From positions 3,823 to 67,822 of the forward strand of contig JBFHGG010000003.1 in assembly GCA_041583235.1 (NCBI GenBank): DNA of 64,000 nucleotides. The letters run 5' to 3'. Positions within the stretch are counted from its first letter, which is position 1. Each line of letters opens with the position of its first letter. Made by a program: the position numbers and the translations under genes. Shown here piece after piece: positions 28,139 to 39,289 of the stretch. This stretch comes from Halarcobacter sp. (GTDB lineage Bacteria > Campylobacterota > Campylobacteria > Campylobacterales > Arcobacteraceae). A model generated the notes under the pieces. It saw nothing but the letters and a program-made list of their open reading frames with translations, ran no database searches and was not told the DNA's origin.

Positions 28139-30427
28139 ATGAAAAAAGAAGTTAGCAGTTTAATAAATATCATTAGATTTACTCCACCTATTTTAATTAT
28201 AATTGTATGTATATTTTTAATTACATTAACTTATCAAGAACAAAAAAATGAATTTGAATTAGAAAAAAACTTTATTGAAAAACAATTTATTGAATATGAA
28301 AAAAACAGAATAAAAGAAAATGTTAATACTATGCATAGTTTTATAAAAGATAGAAAACAAGAATTTGAAAAAGAGTTGAGAGAGGATATTTATCAAAGAA
28401 TTAATAATGCACATGAAATTGCTACAAATATCTATAATAAAAATAGAAATAGAAAATCAAAAACAGAAATAATTGAACAAATAAAAGATTCATTAGAAGT
28501 TTTTAGATTTAATGAAGGAAGAGGTTACTTTTCTATACATACTATTGAGGGTATAAATATTTTACAACCAATTAACAAAGCATTTGAAGGAACATCTGTA
28601 TTTTATAGAAAGGATGTAAAAGGTAATTACCCTGTACAAATGGCAATTAATATTGCAAAGAAAAAAAATTATGGTTTTTTTTCTTGGTATTATTATAAAC
28701 CAAAAGATAAATCAAAAGAGTTTAAAAAAATTGGAATAGTAAAAAAATTCGAGCCATACAATCTAATTATTACAACAGCTGAATATGTCGAAGACTTTAA
28801 TAAAAATTTACAAAAAAAAACTTTAGAACATATATCTAATTTAAAATATAAAAATGATGGTTTTATATTTATTCTTTCATATGATGGGAAAATGATTTTA
28901 CATAAATCAGAAAATATTATAAATTATAATATTTTTGAAGATAAGCGCTTTTCGCATGTAAAAAGCTTCTTTAAAAAGTTTGTAAAAGATGAAAGAAATG
29001 ATGCCTTTATAGAAACTATACCTACAATTTCAGAAGGTATAAATACAAATGAAACAAAAATCACATATGTTAAAAAATTTGAAGAATCAAAGTGGATTAT
29101 CGCAAAAAGTTTTAAATTATCAAATATACAAAAGACAATTAATGAAAAGAAACTTAGTTTAGAAGAGAAATACACAGGATATAAAAATGATATTTTGACA
29201 TTTGGAATTATTTTCACTCTTTTATTATTATTTATTTCTTACTTAGCGTCAAAATCTCTAGAAAATAGATTTTTAAGATATAAAGAAAAACTAGAAAAAC
29301 AAATCACTAAAAATGTTAGACAAAAAGAAACTTTATTAAAAGCACAAGAGATAGCACATATTGGAGATTGGAAATTAAATATAATTACAAAAAAAGCTTT
29401 TTGGTCAAATGAAATTATTCGTATTTTTGGATTAGATAAAATAGATAAAGATAAATTTGGTATAGAATATTTAAAAAATATCATACATGAAGATGATATT
29501 TCTTCTTTTAAAAAATCAATTAATAACTGCATTACTTCACAAAAAGAGTATCAATGTATATATAGAATTATAAGAGCAAATGGTGAAATAAGATGGATTG
29601 ATAGTAGAGGGAAACTCGACAAAGACAAAAACTTAATAATTGGAACCATTCAAGATATTACTGAAAATAAAAGACTTGAAATAGAAAAACAAGAACAAGA
29701 AGAACTTCTATATCAACAAAGTAAACTTGCTGCAATGGGTGAAATGATAGGAAATATTGCCCATCAATGGAGACAACCTTTATCTGCTATATCTACAAGT
29801 GCAACAGGAGCAAAACTTCAAAAAGAAATGAATATGTTAAGTGATGAAAATTTTAATCATACAATGGATACTATTAATGATTCAGCGCAATATCTATCTC
29901 AAACAATTGAAGACTTTAGAAGCTTTTTTGATGTTAGAAACAATGAAAAAAGAGAATTTTCAATTTCTGGTACAATTAATAAAACCTTAAATCTTGTAAG
30001 TTCACAATTTACTGCTAAAGAGATTGAAATAATTCAAAATATTGAAGACATTTCAATTATGTCTTTAGAAAATGAGCTTATTCAAGTATTGGTAAATATA
30101 TTAAATAATTCAAGAGATGCATTAATAAAAACAGAAAATCAAAAAAGATTTATTTTTATAAATACTTTTAGGCAAGATAATAAGCTAATAATTGAAATCA
30201 AAGACAATGCCAATGGAATATCTAGAAATATAATAGATAGAATCTTTGAACCATACTTTACTACAAAACATCAATCGCTAGGAACTGGTATTGGATTATA
30301 CATAAGTAGAAACATACTTATTAATCATTTAGAAGGAAGTATACAAGTGAAAAATGAAACTTATACTTATGAAGGGGTAGAGTACAAGGGTGCAAAATTC
30401 ATTATAACAATAGATATATTAACTTAA
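28139..30427 (+). CDS. Cache-domain sensor histidine kinase with PAS
   Basis: Two TM segments flanking tandem Cache-like domains, then PAS, the H-box NIAHQWRQPL, and N/G boxes (DNANG, GTGIGLY). Confidence 0.9.
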   Translation: MKKEVSSLINIIRFTPPILIIIVCIFLITLTYQEQKNEFELEKNFIEKQFIEYEKNRIKENVNTMHSFIKDRKQEFEKELREDIYQRINNAHEIATNIYNKNRNRKSKTEIIEQIKDSLEVFRFNEGRGYFSIHTIEGINILQPINKAFEGTSVFYRKDVKGNYPVQMAINIAKKKNYGFFSWYYYKPKDKSKEFKKIGIVKKFEPYNLIITTAEYVEDFNKNLQKKTLEHISNLKYKNDGFIFILSYDGKMILHKSENIINYNIFEDKRFSHVKSFFKKFVKDERNDAFIETIPTISEGINTNETKITYVKKFEESKWIIAKSFKLSNIQKTINEKKLSLEEKYTGYKNDILTFGIIFTLLLLFISYLASKSLENRFLRYKEKLEKQITKNVRQKETLLKAQEIAHIGDWKLNIITKKAFWSNEIIRIFGLDKIDKDKFGIEYLKNIIHEDDISSFKKSINNCITSQKEYQCIYRIIRANGEIRWIDSRGKLDKDKNLIIGTIQDITENKRLEIEKQEQEELLYQQSKLAAMGEMIGNIAHQWRQPLSAISTSATGAKLQKEMNMLSDENFNHTMDTINDSAQYLSQTIEDFRSFFDVRNNEKREFSISGTINKTLNLVSSQFTAKEIEIIQNIEDISIMSLENELIQVLVNILNNSRDALIKTENQKRFIFINTFRQDNKLIIEIKDNANGISRNIIDRIFEPYFTTKHQSLGTGIGLYISRNILINHLEGSIQVKNETYTYEGVEYKGAKFIITIDILT

Positions 30428-30440
30428 ACTTGTATCATAA

Positions 30441-30770
30441 TTACTGCATAAATAGAGTATATGGCCTTTTTAATTCTTCTACAAATAAAGAAACGGATAA
30501 GTTTCTACTTTTTCTAAAAAACTCTTTTGAATCAAAAAAGACAAGTATTGTTGGAATAGAAAATACTGAGAAATCACTTGCTATTTCTTTATACAAATCA
30601 GTTTTAACTTCATACAGTTCCATCTTAGGAAAGTTCTTAATTATTTCTGCTTCGATTTTTGGTTTTAATGCTTTACAAACAGAACAATTTTCACCTGAAA
30701 AATAGATAAGTAAAGGACTTCCTTTACTTATCTTCTCTTGAATTTCACTATTTGTTGATATTTGAATCAT
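30441..30770 (-). CDS. Thioredoxin-family protein
   Basis: YFSGENCSVC (CxxC) and cis-Pro motif SIPT; start moved to MIQIS. Confidence 0.85.
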   Translation of the reverse strand: MIQISTNSEIQEKISKGSPLLIYFSGENCSVCKALKPKIEAEIIKNFPKMELYEVKTDLYKEIASDFSVFSIPTILVFFDSKEFFRKSRNLSVSLFVEELKRPYTLFMQ

Positions 30771-32784
30771 GAACGACAGCTGTTTCTTTGATTTTTTCAA
30801 TAATTTTATCTTCTTCTTTTTTCATTAATTCATCAGTATCTATATCAGGATTAGTATGATCTTTTCTATTCACAAAAATATCATGTCTACTTAAACTAAT
30901 TCCTTTCATATGTGATAAGGGGAAGGCAAAAGCAATTCCTTTTCCTGATGTAGTTATATGTAAAGAGTGAATTATAGATTTAATAACAGGATTTACCAAA
31001 CTTTGAGGAAGTAAAAATAATAACATAGCATCATTTGCTTCAAAAGATGTTCTATAATAATTATCAATTTTTCCAAGTCCAATTCCATCTGCTCTTAATA
31101 CCGTAACCCCAGAAGCTCCTGCTTTATTTGCAGCTTGAATTGCATCAATTTTTTTCTCTTTAGGAACTAGAATAACAACAGCTGAGAAATCCATTGGTAA
31201 AGAGTGTCTTCTGTCACTTCCATCGATATTTACTGTTGCTAAATCCATATTTTCTGCATCAATAAGTGCATCTCTTAAAATATTAGCTGCTTCAATTTCT
31301 GTATCTGATTTAATTCCTAGTTTTTCAGTTAAGATACCATAAAGCATTACTGTAATCATTGGAAAAAGAGAAGCAAAGGCAATAAGTCCAAAACCATCAA
31401 TTAAAGGACTTCTATCTGGAATATTTGTAGCTAATCCAATTCCTAAAGCTGCAACTAAAGGTACAGTTACAGTTGAAGTTGTAACACCTCCACTATCATA
31501 GGCAATAGGAATAATATATTTTGGAGCAATAAATGTTAAAATTATTACCAATAAATATCCTACAATAATATAATAATGAATATGTCCACCATCTACAATT
31601 CTAAAAGCCCCTAAAGCAATACCCATGGCAACACCAAATGCAACAAAAAGTCTTAAGGCAAAATCATTTATTTTACCATCTGATATCTCTTTAGCTTTTT
31701 TAGCAATTGCCATTAAAGCTGGTTCTGCCATTGTTGTAGAAAAACCAATTGCAAAAGCAAAAGCATAAATCATCATCACTGAATCTGATTTTGTAAGTTG
31801 ATAAGCCATTGTTTCACCAAGAGTGAAAAGCCCCATTTCAAGACCTAAAATGAAAGCATATAAACCAATAATTACAAGAGCAAATCCTAAAAGAACTGTT
31901 TTAATATTTTCAATTTTTTTCTTTAAAACTGCATATTGAAAAAATACAATAATAAATAAAATTGGTGCAACATCTTTTACAACAGAACTAATACCATTAA
32001 ATACTGAAGTAAATGAAATTTCTATTGTACTTGAAACAGAGGCTTGAACTACAACTTCTGCGACCTCTTTTGCATCAACTAAATTATATACAGCAATCCC
32101 ATATATTTGAACAAAAATCATTGGAGTTAAAGAAGCAAAGGCAATTAAACCAAAACCATCAACAACAGGATTTCTTCCTTTAATTGTAGAAGCTAAACCA
32201 ATACCAAGAGCAGCAACAAGGGGAACTGTAACTGTAGAAGTTGTAACTCCTCCTAAATCGTATGCTAATCCAATAATTTCTTGAGGTGCAAAAAAAGTAA
32301 CACTTACTACTAAAATATATCCAGCAATGATATAGTAGTGAATAGCATGACCTTTATAGATTCTATATACACCTAAGAATATAGCAAAACCAACAGAACC
32401 TGCAACAACAAGTCTTAATATTGTTGCGTCAATTCTTCCGCTTGATATTGAAGCCGCCTTATCAGCAATAACTGCAAGAGCTGGCTCTGCAATTGTTGTA
32501 CCAAAGCCAATTAAAAATCCAAAGAAAAGAACCCATAACATAGTTCCATGCTTTGCAAAATCTCGCGCCAATCCTTCTCCAACAGGGAAAATCCCAATCT
32601 CTAAACCTTGTAGAAAAATTGCAAGTCCAACACCTACAATACCTAATCCAATTGCAGTACTCAACCATCCTTCAGGAATAGCTTGAATTATTGCTAATTG
32701 AAAAAATAATATTACAATAATAATTGGTAGTAAATCTCTAAAAGATTCTTTTAGTAATTTCAAAAAGAAATTAAATTGTGTCAT
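30748..32784 (-). CDS. DUF1538-DUF1538-PII-like fusion membrane protein
   Basis: Two internal repeats (TIAEPAL / TMAEPAL, DxGGVTTSTVTVPLVAALG, DGFGLIAFASL) and a C-terminal PII-like domain (GASGVTVL.ADGIG, GKGIAF). Confidence 0.82.
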   Translation of the reverse strand: MTQFNFFLKLLKESFRDLLPIIIVILFFQLAIIQAIPEGWLSTAIGLGIVGVGLAIFLQGLEIGIFPVGEGLARDFAKHGTMLWVLFFGFLIGFGTTIAEPALAVIADKAASISSGRIDATILRLVVAGSVGFAIFLGVYRIYKGHAIHYYIIAGYILVVSVTFFAPQEIIGLAYDLGGVTTSTVTVPLVAALGIGLASTIKGRNPVVDGFGLIAFASLTPMIFVQIYGIAVYNLVDAKEVAEVVVQASVSSTIEISFTSVFNGISSVVKDVAPILFIIVFFQYAVLKKKIENIKTVLLGFALVIIGLYAFILGLEMGLFTLGETMAYQLTKSDSVMMIYAFAFAIGFSTTMAEPALMAIAKKAKEISDGKINDFALRLFVAFGVAMGIALGAFRIVDGGHIHYYIIVGYLLVIILTFIAPKYIIPIAYDSGGVTTSTVTVPLVAALGIGLATNIPDRSPLIDGFGLIAFASLFPMITVMLYGILTEKLGIKSDTEIEAANILRDALIDAENMDLATVNIDGSDRRHSLPMDFSAVVILVPKEKKIDAIQAANKAGASGVTVLRADGIGLGKIDNYYRTSFEANDAMLLFLLPQSLVNPVIKSIIHSLHITTSGKGIAFAFPLSHMKGISLSRHDIFVNRKDHTNPDIDTDELMKKEEDKIIEKIKETAVVHDSNINK

Positions 32785-32929
32785 ATATTACATCCCTTGT
32801 CATTTATTTAAATATATCTAATTTTTTTTGATATACAATTAAAACTAAGCTATATTAATGGTTAATTTTATTATTAATCTTATTTATGTATAAATTTATT
32901 AAATTATGTGAGTAGAAAATTGCAGTATT

Positions 32930-32957
32930 AAAAAAGAGTACTAAAGTACTCTTTTTT
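32930..32957 (-). terminator. Terminator after leuA
   Basis: aaaaaagagtac-taaa-gtactctttttt. Confidence 0.75.
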
Positions 32958-34535
32958 TTAAACTTGATGTTCTTGATTTTTTAATAACCTTTGTTTTTGA
33001 GAAAGGTAAGAGTTTAATGCACTTAAATATGCTTTTGCAGTTGCTAACATAGTATCAATACTTAAACCATGTCCAACAAAAGAAGGTGAATTATCATCAA
33101 ATGCAACTCTTGTTGTTACTTTTGCTAAGGCATCTTTACCTTCAGATACAGAAGTTACTTTATAATCTTTTAATTCCCCATTATAACCTGTTAATCTATC
33201 TATAGTTTTAAATATTGCATCCATAGTACCATCACCAATAGCAGCATCAGACATAACTTTATCTTCGAATTTAATTGAAACAGCAGCAGTTGGAACACCA
33301 TTAGAACAATCAGAAATTTGTAAACCAACTAATTCATATGTTTTATCTTGATTTAATGCTTCATCAGTAATTAACATTCTTACATCATCATCTGTTACAT
33401 CTTTTTTCTTATCTGCTAATACTTTAAATCTTTCAAATGCTGCATTTAACTCTTCATCTGTAACTTTATCAAAACCTAAATGTATTATTTTATCTCTAAA
33501 AGCAGCACGACCTGAATGCTTTCCTAAAATTAATGTAGATTCTTTAAATACACCAACATCTTCAGGTTTCATAATTTCATAAGTTTCTTGATGTTTTAAA
33601 ATACCATCTTGATGAATTCCACTTTCATGAGAGAATGCATTCTTACCAACAATTGCTTTATTTTGTTGTGGTTCAACACCTGTAATTGTTGCAACTAATC
33701 TAGAAGTAGCATATAATTCAGGAGTATTTATATTTGTATATAAGCTTCCAAAAGCATCTTTTCTTGTTTTAATAGCCATTACAGCCTCTTCTAATGCAGA
33801 ATTTCCAGCTCTTTCACCTAAGCCATTAATTGTAACTTCAATTTGTCTAGCTCCATTTAAAACAGATGCTAAAGTATTTGCTGTTGATAAACCTAAGTCA
33901 TTATGATTATGAACTGAAATAATTGCACGATTACCTGCAAATTCACTTAATTCTTTAACCATAGCACCTAATTCATTTGGTAATCTATATCCAACTGTAT
34001 CAGGTAAATTAATAGTTGAAGCACCAGCTCCTATAACTGCATCCATAACTTCTTTCATAAATGAAATATCAGATCTCCCTGCATCTTCTAATGAAAACTC
34101 AACATCATCAACGAATGTTCTTGCATATTCAACTGCATGAACTGCTCTTTTAATAACTTCTTCTTCACTCATTTTTAATTTGTATTTCATGTGAATTGGT
34201 GAAGTTGCGATAAATGTATGAATTCTATGTAGTGGAGCTTTTGCAACAGCTAAACCTGATTGTTTGATATCATTATCAATTGCTCTACTTAAAGAACAAA
34301 TACTTGAGTTTTTAACTTGTTCAGCAATTCTAGAAACAGCATCAAAATCCCCTGGACTTGCAGCTGCAAATCCAGCTTCAATAACATCAACTCCTAATTT
34401 TTCTAATTGTAAAGCTACTTTTATTTTTTCTTCTGTGTTCATTGAACAACCTGGGCTTTGCTCACCATCTCTTAATGTTGTATCAAATACTATAATTCTG
34501 TTTTTATCTATATTTTTTTCCATATTTTTCCCCAT
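32958..34535 (-). CDS. leuA: 2-isopropylmalate synthase
   Basis: [25 protein letters not shown] and HESGIHQDG motifs plus the C-terminal regulatory domain; the start may be 34523. Confidence 0.96.
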   Translation of the reverse strand: MGKNMEKNIDKNRIIVFDTTLRDGEQSPGCSMNTEEKIKVALQLEKLGVDVIEAGFAAASPGDFDAVSRIAEQVKNSSICSLSRAIDNDIKQSGLAVAKAPLHRIHTFIATSPIHMKYKLKMSEEEVIKRAVHAVEYARTFVDDVEFSLEDAGRSDISFMKEVMDAVIGAGASTINLPDTVGYRLPNELGAMVKELSEFAGNRAIISVHNHNDLGLSTANTLASVLNGARQIEVTINGLGERAGNSALEEAVMAIKTRKDAFGSLYTNINTPELYATSRLVATITGVEPQQNKAIVGKNAFSHESGIHQDGILKHQETYEIMKPEDVGVFKESTLILGKHSGRAAFRDKIIHLGFDKVTDEELNAAFERFKVLADKKKDVTDDDVRMLITDEALNQDKTYELVGLQISDCSNGVPTAAVSIKFEDKVMSDAAIGDGTMDAIFKTIDRLTGYNGELKDYKVTSVSEGKDALAKVTTRVAFDDNSPSFVGHGLSIDTMLATAKAYLSALNSYLSQKQRLLKNQEHQV

Positions 34536-34642
34536 TGTATAAAGCTTAAAATTCGTGTATTATATCCTTTTTTAATATAAAAAAGAAAAAACTGTTTGCG
34601 TGATTATTATTTTTGTTTGACTTAATATATAATTATTAAGTA

Positions 34643-34720
34643 TTAGAGTGATTTTTGAAGTAGCAGAAGAGTGTTAACACTTTTTATAAAATGTTTATTA
34701 TAAAAATTAAATATTTTCAT
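34643..34720 (-). CDS. leuL: Leucine-rich leader peptide (25 aa, MKIFNFYNKHFIKSVNTLLLLQKSL)
   Basis: SD AGGAG, then ATG; CTT CTG CTA CTT run plus a CTC near the stop; lies directly upstream of leuA. Confidence 0.8.
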   Translation of the reverse strand: MKIFNFYNKHFIKSVNTLLLLQKSL

Positions 34721-34749
34721 TTTGTACTCTCCTAGATTTTGTATGTAAG

Positions 34750-34778
34750 ATTATAATGTGAAAAAAAGAATTTGTCAA
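34750..34778 (-). promoter_or_regulatory. Consensus sigma70 promoter for leader-leuA
   Basis: TTGACA (34778-34773), a 17-nt spacer and TATAAT (34755-34750) on the minus strand. Confidence 0.85.
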
Positions 34779-34793
34779 GAACTTTTTAAAATT

Positions 34794-35396
34794 CTATTCA
34801 TCTTCTTCTTTTTTTGCTAATAATGTTTGTCCTGAGGTGATTTTATCACCAATTTTAACAAGAGTAATAAACTCTTCATTTAAAGTTACTACAACTTGAC
34901 CTTGTAAAAAAATACCAATTTTTTCACCTTTTTCAAACTTTTTCTTTTTTGATATTTCTATACTTGTATTATATATTGAAGAGTATAACTCCATGCAAGA
35001 ATTAGAATATTCTAATTTTGCTTGTTCATTTAAAACTTTTGATTTAAAACTTTCAAAAAATAGATTTAATCCTCTTTTTATATTAATTTTACAATCTCCA
35101 TTTTCTAAACTTCTTAAAATATGAGAATTACATAAAGAGACATCAATATAAATAGTTTTTTTAAAATCTTTTATATCAATAGCACTTATAGTCCCTGAAA
35201 TTGGAGCTATTATTTCATTTTTCTTAAAGGATTTAAAATCCATATATTTATATCTATAAATATACATTAATGAAATCATTATCACAAAAGAGATAAAAGT
35301 TAAAAATCCACAATCAAGTAATATAAAAATTATAATCGCAATAAATGCAATTAAAACAGATTTTTGTCCCTCTTTTGCAATAATCGAATCAAACAT
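34794..35396 (-). CDS. Phosphatidylserine decarboxylase-related protein, probably inactive
   Basis: N-terminal TM, APISGTI..I and VKIGDKITSGQT; no FGS/LGST self-cleavage motif. Confidence 0.65.
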   Translation of the reverse strand: MFDSIIAKEGQKSVLIAFIAIIIFILLDCGFLTFISFVIMISLMYIYRYKYMDFKSFKKNEIIAPISGTISAIDIKDFKKTIYIDVSLCNSHILRSLENGDCKINIKRGLNLFFESFKSKVLNEQAKLEYSNSCMELYSSIYNTSIEISKKKKFEKGEKIGIFLQGQVVVTLNEEFITLVKIGDKITSGQTLLAKKEEDE

Positions 35397-35397
35397 T

Positions 35398-37470
35398 TTA
35401 TTTTTTATCCTCATTTTTATCTAAAGTTTCTTCTTTAGAATCTTCTTCTTTTATTTTAGTATCTTCATTAGCTTGAGTTTCTTCAGTTTTTTCATCTTTA
35501 GATTTATTATCTTCATCTGTTTTTACAGCTTCAGTATGTAAATCTTCATCTTCAAAAACTACACCTCCATGTGCTTTAATAATTTCTCTAACTCTTTCTC
35601 CTGAAATAACTTCAATTTCAAGTAATTCAGCAGTCATTTCTTCAATTGCATCATTATTGTCTCTTAATTCTTGTAAGACAATAGCATATCTATCATTTAG
35701 AAGTGTTTTCACATGTTCATCTAAATTTTTTGCCATTTCATCAGAAAAATCTTTTGTAGTTTGTCCACCTAAAAATTGGTTTTGTCTTTTCTCTAAAACC
35801 ATCAATCCAGCAACATCACTCATTCCATAAACAGAAGCCATAGATTTAATAATATCAGTAGCTCTTTCTAAGTCATTTCCTGCACCTGTTGAAATTTCTC
35901 CAATAAATACTTCTTCCGCTGCACGTCCTCCAAGTAATGTATCAACTTCAGCAATAAGTTCATGTTTTTGCATTAAGTATTTATTCTCTTCAGGAGTATT
36001 AAGTGTATAACCTAATGCTGCCATTCCTCTTGGTACTATCGAAACCTTGTTTACTTTCTTAGCACCTTTTGTAATTTCAGCAATTACAGCATGTCCTGAT
36101 TCATGATAAGCAACAATTTTTCTCTCTTTTGGAGAAATTCTTCTAGATTTCTTTTCAAGTCCTGCAATTTGTCTTTCAACTGCTTCTTTAAAATCATCAT
36201 ATGTAACTTCATCTTTCTTAGCACGACCTGCAAGAAGTGCAGCTTCATTAATAATATTTGCTAAATCTGCACCTGCAAGTCCTGCAGTCATTCGTGCAAC
36301 TTCAACTAAATCAACATCTTTTCCTAAAACTACATTTTTAATATGTACATTAAGAATCTCTTTTCTACCTTCAAAATCTGGTTTATCAACAAGTACTTGT
36401 CTGTCAAATCTACCTGGTCTAAGTAAAGCAGGGTCCAAAACTTCTGGTCTATTTGTTGCAGCTAAAACAATAACAGGTGCAGCTTCAGTTGAAAATCCAT
36501 CCATTTCAGCAAGTAACTGATTTAAAGTTTGTTCTCTTTCATCATTACCGCCCATTGGGCCACCACTAGCTCTTGATTTACCAATAGCATCTATTTCATC
36601 AATAAAAATAATTGCAGGGGCTACTTTTTTAGCTTGTTCAAAAAGATCTCTAACTCTTGATGCTCCAACTCCAACAAACATCTCAATAAATGCAGAACCA
36701 GATACTGATAAAAATTCAACGCTAGCTTCTCCAGCAACTGCTTTTGCAAGTAATGTTTTACCAGTACCTGGAGGTCCCACAAGTAAAACACCTTTTGGAA
36801 TTTGAGCTCCAAGTTTTACATATCTATCTGGGTCTTTTAAGAAATCAACAACTTCTTGTACCTCTTCTTTAGCTTCTTTATTTCCAGCCATATCATCAAA
36901 AGTTACATTTGGTTTTTCTGAATTAATCATTTTTTTAGAAGATCCAATACCAAGGATTCCTCCTGAACCCCCACCCATAGATTTAGACATTCTTTTTGCT
37001 AGGAACATCCAAATTGCAAAGAAAATGAAAATTGGTAGAATCCATCCAAAAAGAATATCTGCAATTAGGTTTTCTTCATTAATCCCACCATAATTAATTC
37101 CTTTTTCTTCTAAAGAAGGAATTAATGTAGAATCAGGAATAACTCTTCTAGCTGTATATGTTGTAATTTGACCATTAGATGGCTTACCAACTGCTTTAAT
37201 TTGAGTATTTCCAATACCAACGTATTCAATTGCACCACTTGAAATCATTTTCTTTAAATCAGAATATGCTACTGTTTGATTTTTTGTTTTTCCATAAGCT
37301 GCAATTGATGAATTTTGTCCTGCCATTCCTTGAGTATTTCCTTCTGGAAATATTGCTTTAAATACAAAAATTGTAACAATTGAAAATATTACAAATACTA
37401 ATAATGGATTATTATTAAAAAAATTGTTGTTATTATCTCCACCATTGTTATTGTTGTTTTTACCATTCAT
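35398..37470 (-). CDS. ftsH: ATP-dependent zinc metalloprotease FtsH
   Basis: [22 protein letters not shown] and HESGH (HExxH) motifs. Confidence 0.97.
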   Translation of the reverse strand: MNGKNNNNNGGDNNNNFFNNNPLLVFVIFSIVTIFVFKAIFPEGNTQGMAGQNSSIAAYGKTKNQTVAYSDLKKMISSGAIEYVGIGNTQIKAVGKPSNGQITTYTARRVIPDSTLIPSLEEKGINYGGINEENLIADILFGWILPIFIFFAIWMFLAKRMSKSMGGGSGGILGIGSSKKMINSEKPNVTFDDMAGNKEAKEEVQEVVDFLKDPDRYVKLGAQIPKGVLLVGPPGTGKTLLAKAVAGEASVEFLSVSGSAFIEMFVGVGASRVRDLFEQAKKVAPAIIFIDEIDAIGKSRASGGPMGGNDEREQTLNQLLAEMDGFSTEAAPVIVLAATNRPEVLDPALLRPGRFDRQVLVDKPDFEGRKEILNVHIKNVVLGKDVDLVEVARMTAGLAGADLANIINEAALLAGRAKKDEVTYDDFKEAVERQIAGLEKKSRRISPKERKIVAYHESGHAVIAEITKGAKKVNKVSIVPRGMAALGYTLNTPEENKYLMQKHELIAEVDTLLGGRAAEEVFIGEISTGAGNDLERATDIIKSMASVYGMSDVAGLMVLEKRQNQFLGGQTTKDFSDEMAKNLDEHVKTLLNDRYAIVLQELRDNNDAIEEMTAELLEIEVISGERVREIIKAHGGVVFEDEDLHTEAVKTDEDNKSKDEKTEETQANEDTKIKEEDSKEETLDKNEDKK

Positions 37471-37485
37471 AAAATATAACTCCTT

Positions 37486-38292
37486 TTATTTTTTAAATAC
37501 TACAGTTATCCACTCATTCTTGTGAATTAACTTTAACTGTTCTAAGTCTTTAAATTTCCTTAGAACCTTATCTATATGTTTATCTAAAATACCTGATATA
37601 ACTAGAATACCATCTTTGTTTAAGCATTTTTTCAAATCACTTGCAATAAATACTAAAACATCTGCAACAATATTTGCAATTACTACATCATATTTTTTTC
37701 TTGTAGTATTAGCAGATCCTACCCATGATTCATGAAAACTTGTTCGATTTAATTCATAATTTGAAATTGTATCTTTAATACAAACTGGGTCTGTATCACA
37801 GATATCTACTTTTGCTCCAAGCTTAGATGCTGCAATTGCTAAGATTCCACTACCTGTTCCCACATCTAAAACTGTATTTTCAGGTTTTACATATGAACTT
37901 ATAGCTTCAATACAAGATGATGTTGTTTCATGATGTCCTGAACCAAAAGATAATGCAGGATCAATAATAATATTGATTTTATCTTCTTTTGCTTTATCCC
38001 AAGATGGTCTAATATAAAAATTTCCAACTTCAACAGATTTAACGGATTCTTGATATTGTTTAATCCAGTCAATATTTTCTTTTTTTAGTAAAGTGGTTTC
38101 GCACTCTATTTCTAGTGCTTTTGCAAACTCTTTTATTCCAAACTCTACATCGCTTAAGTCTTCTTCACTTCTTGCGATTACAGTGTTATTTAATTCTTCA
38201 ATAGCCTCATTTGTGAGGCTAGTAAGTAAATCAACAAATGTTTCATACTCTTCATTTGGTTTAATTGTTAATTCATAATAGTATTCGGTCAA
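37486..38292 (-). CDS. prmA: Ribosomal protein L11 methyltransferase
   Basis: IDPALSFGSGHHETT, LDVGTGSGIL and VIANI motifs. Confidence 0.93.
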   Translation of the reverse strand: MTEYYYELTIKPNEEYETFVDLLTSLTNEAIEELNNTVIARSEEDLSDVEFGIKEFAKALEIECETTLLKKENIDWIKQYQESVKSVEVGNFYIRPSWDKAKEDKINIIIDPALSFGSGHHETTSSCIEAISSYVKPENTVLDVGTGSGILAIAASKLGAKVDICDTDPVCIKDTISNYELNRTSFHESWVGSANTTRKKYDVVIANIVADVLVFIASDLKKCLNKDGILVISGILDKHIDKVLRKFKDLEQLKLIHKNEWITVVFKK

Positions 38293-38353
38293 GTAATTCC
38301 CTTAGATTAAAATGCATAAATGCATAAAGTGGCTAATTTTATCTAAAAAGGTT

Positions 38354-39286
38354 TTAAAAAAAGTTTTCTATCATATCTCTCATGATTTTTTCATCAGAAA
38401 CACGGTTAATAATATCTCTAAATTCAGCAGCTCCTGCATATCCTTTAGAATATGAATGTAATAGTTTTCTAAACATTACAGCTCCATGAATTCCATGATA
38501 TTTAACTACTTCATCATAATGTTCTAAGATTACTTCTCTTTTTTTATCTTCTTCAATATCTTCTATACCATGTTTTAATTGATAAAAAATCCAAGGTTTT
38601 CCAATGGCACCTCGACCAATCATAACACCATTAGCATTTGTATATTTTAAAACTTCTTTAGCTTTATCATAATCTTTAATATCGCCATTTGCTATAACAG
38701 GAATAGAAACAGCGGCTTTCATATCTCTAATTGCATCATAATCAACAGGTGCTTTATATTTACCTGCTCTAGTTCGTCCATGAACTGACACAAAATCAAC
38801 ACCACAAGCTTCAACTGCTTTTGCAATATCAACTGGTATTTTTTCATTAACACCAATTCTTACTTTCGCACTTGTATACTGTTTTTTATTGTATTTTTTT
38901 ACTGTTGATAATATCTCTTCAAGTTTATTTAAATCACCCAATAAGTTAGAACCTGAACCATGTGAAAAAACTTTTGGTGCAGGACAACCACAATTTAAAT
39001 CAATACCGTCAATACCATCAATATCATTTAATATCTCAACTGCATCTCTAACTATTTCAACACTATTACCGGCAATTTGTACAATATATGGATCTTCACT
39101 TGGCGATTTTTCAATCATTTTTTTTGTTTTTTCAGATTTATAAACTAAGGCATTTGAAGATATCATTTCAGAAATAGTAATATCCGCACCAAATTTTTTA
39201 ACAACAGCACGAAAAGGTAAGTCAGTATATCCAGCAAGTGGAGCCAGCACCATTAAGGGCTGGCTAAAATCAATTTTTTTTCTCAT
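38354..39286 (-). CDS. dusB: tRNA-dihydrouridine synthase
   Basis: LAPLAG.TD, IDLNCGCP, VHGRTR, ANGDI and MIGRGA motifs. Confidence 0.9.
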   Translation of the reverse strand: MRKKIDFSQPLMVLAPLAGYTDLPFRAVVKKFGADITISEMISSNALVYKSEKTKKMIEKSPSEDPYIVQIAGNSVEIVRDAVEILNDIDGIDGIDLNCGCPAPKVFSHGSGSNLLGDLNKLEEILSTVKKYNKKQYTSAKVRIGVNEKIPVDIAKAVEACGVDFVSVHGRTRAGKYKAPVDYDAIRDMKAAVSIPVIANGDIKDYDKAKEVLKYTNANGVMIGRGAIGKPWIFYQLKHGIEDIEEDKKREVILEHYDEVVKYHGIHGAVMFRKLLHSYSKGYAGAAEFRDIINRVSDEKIMRDMIENFF

Positions 39287-39289
39287 ATA

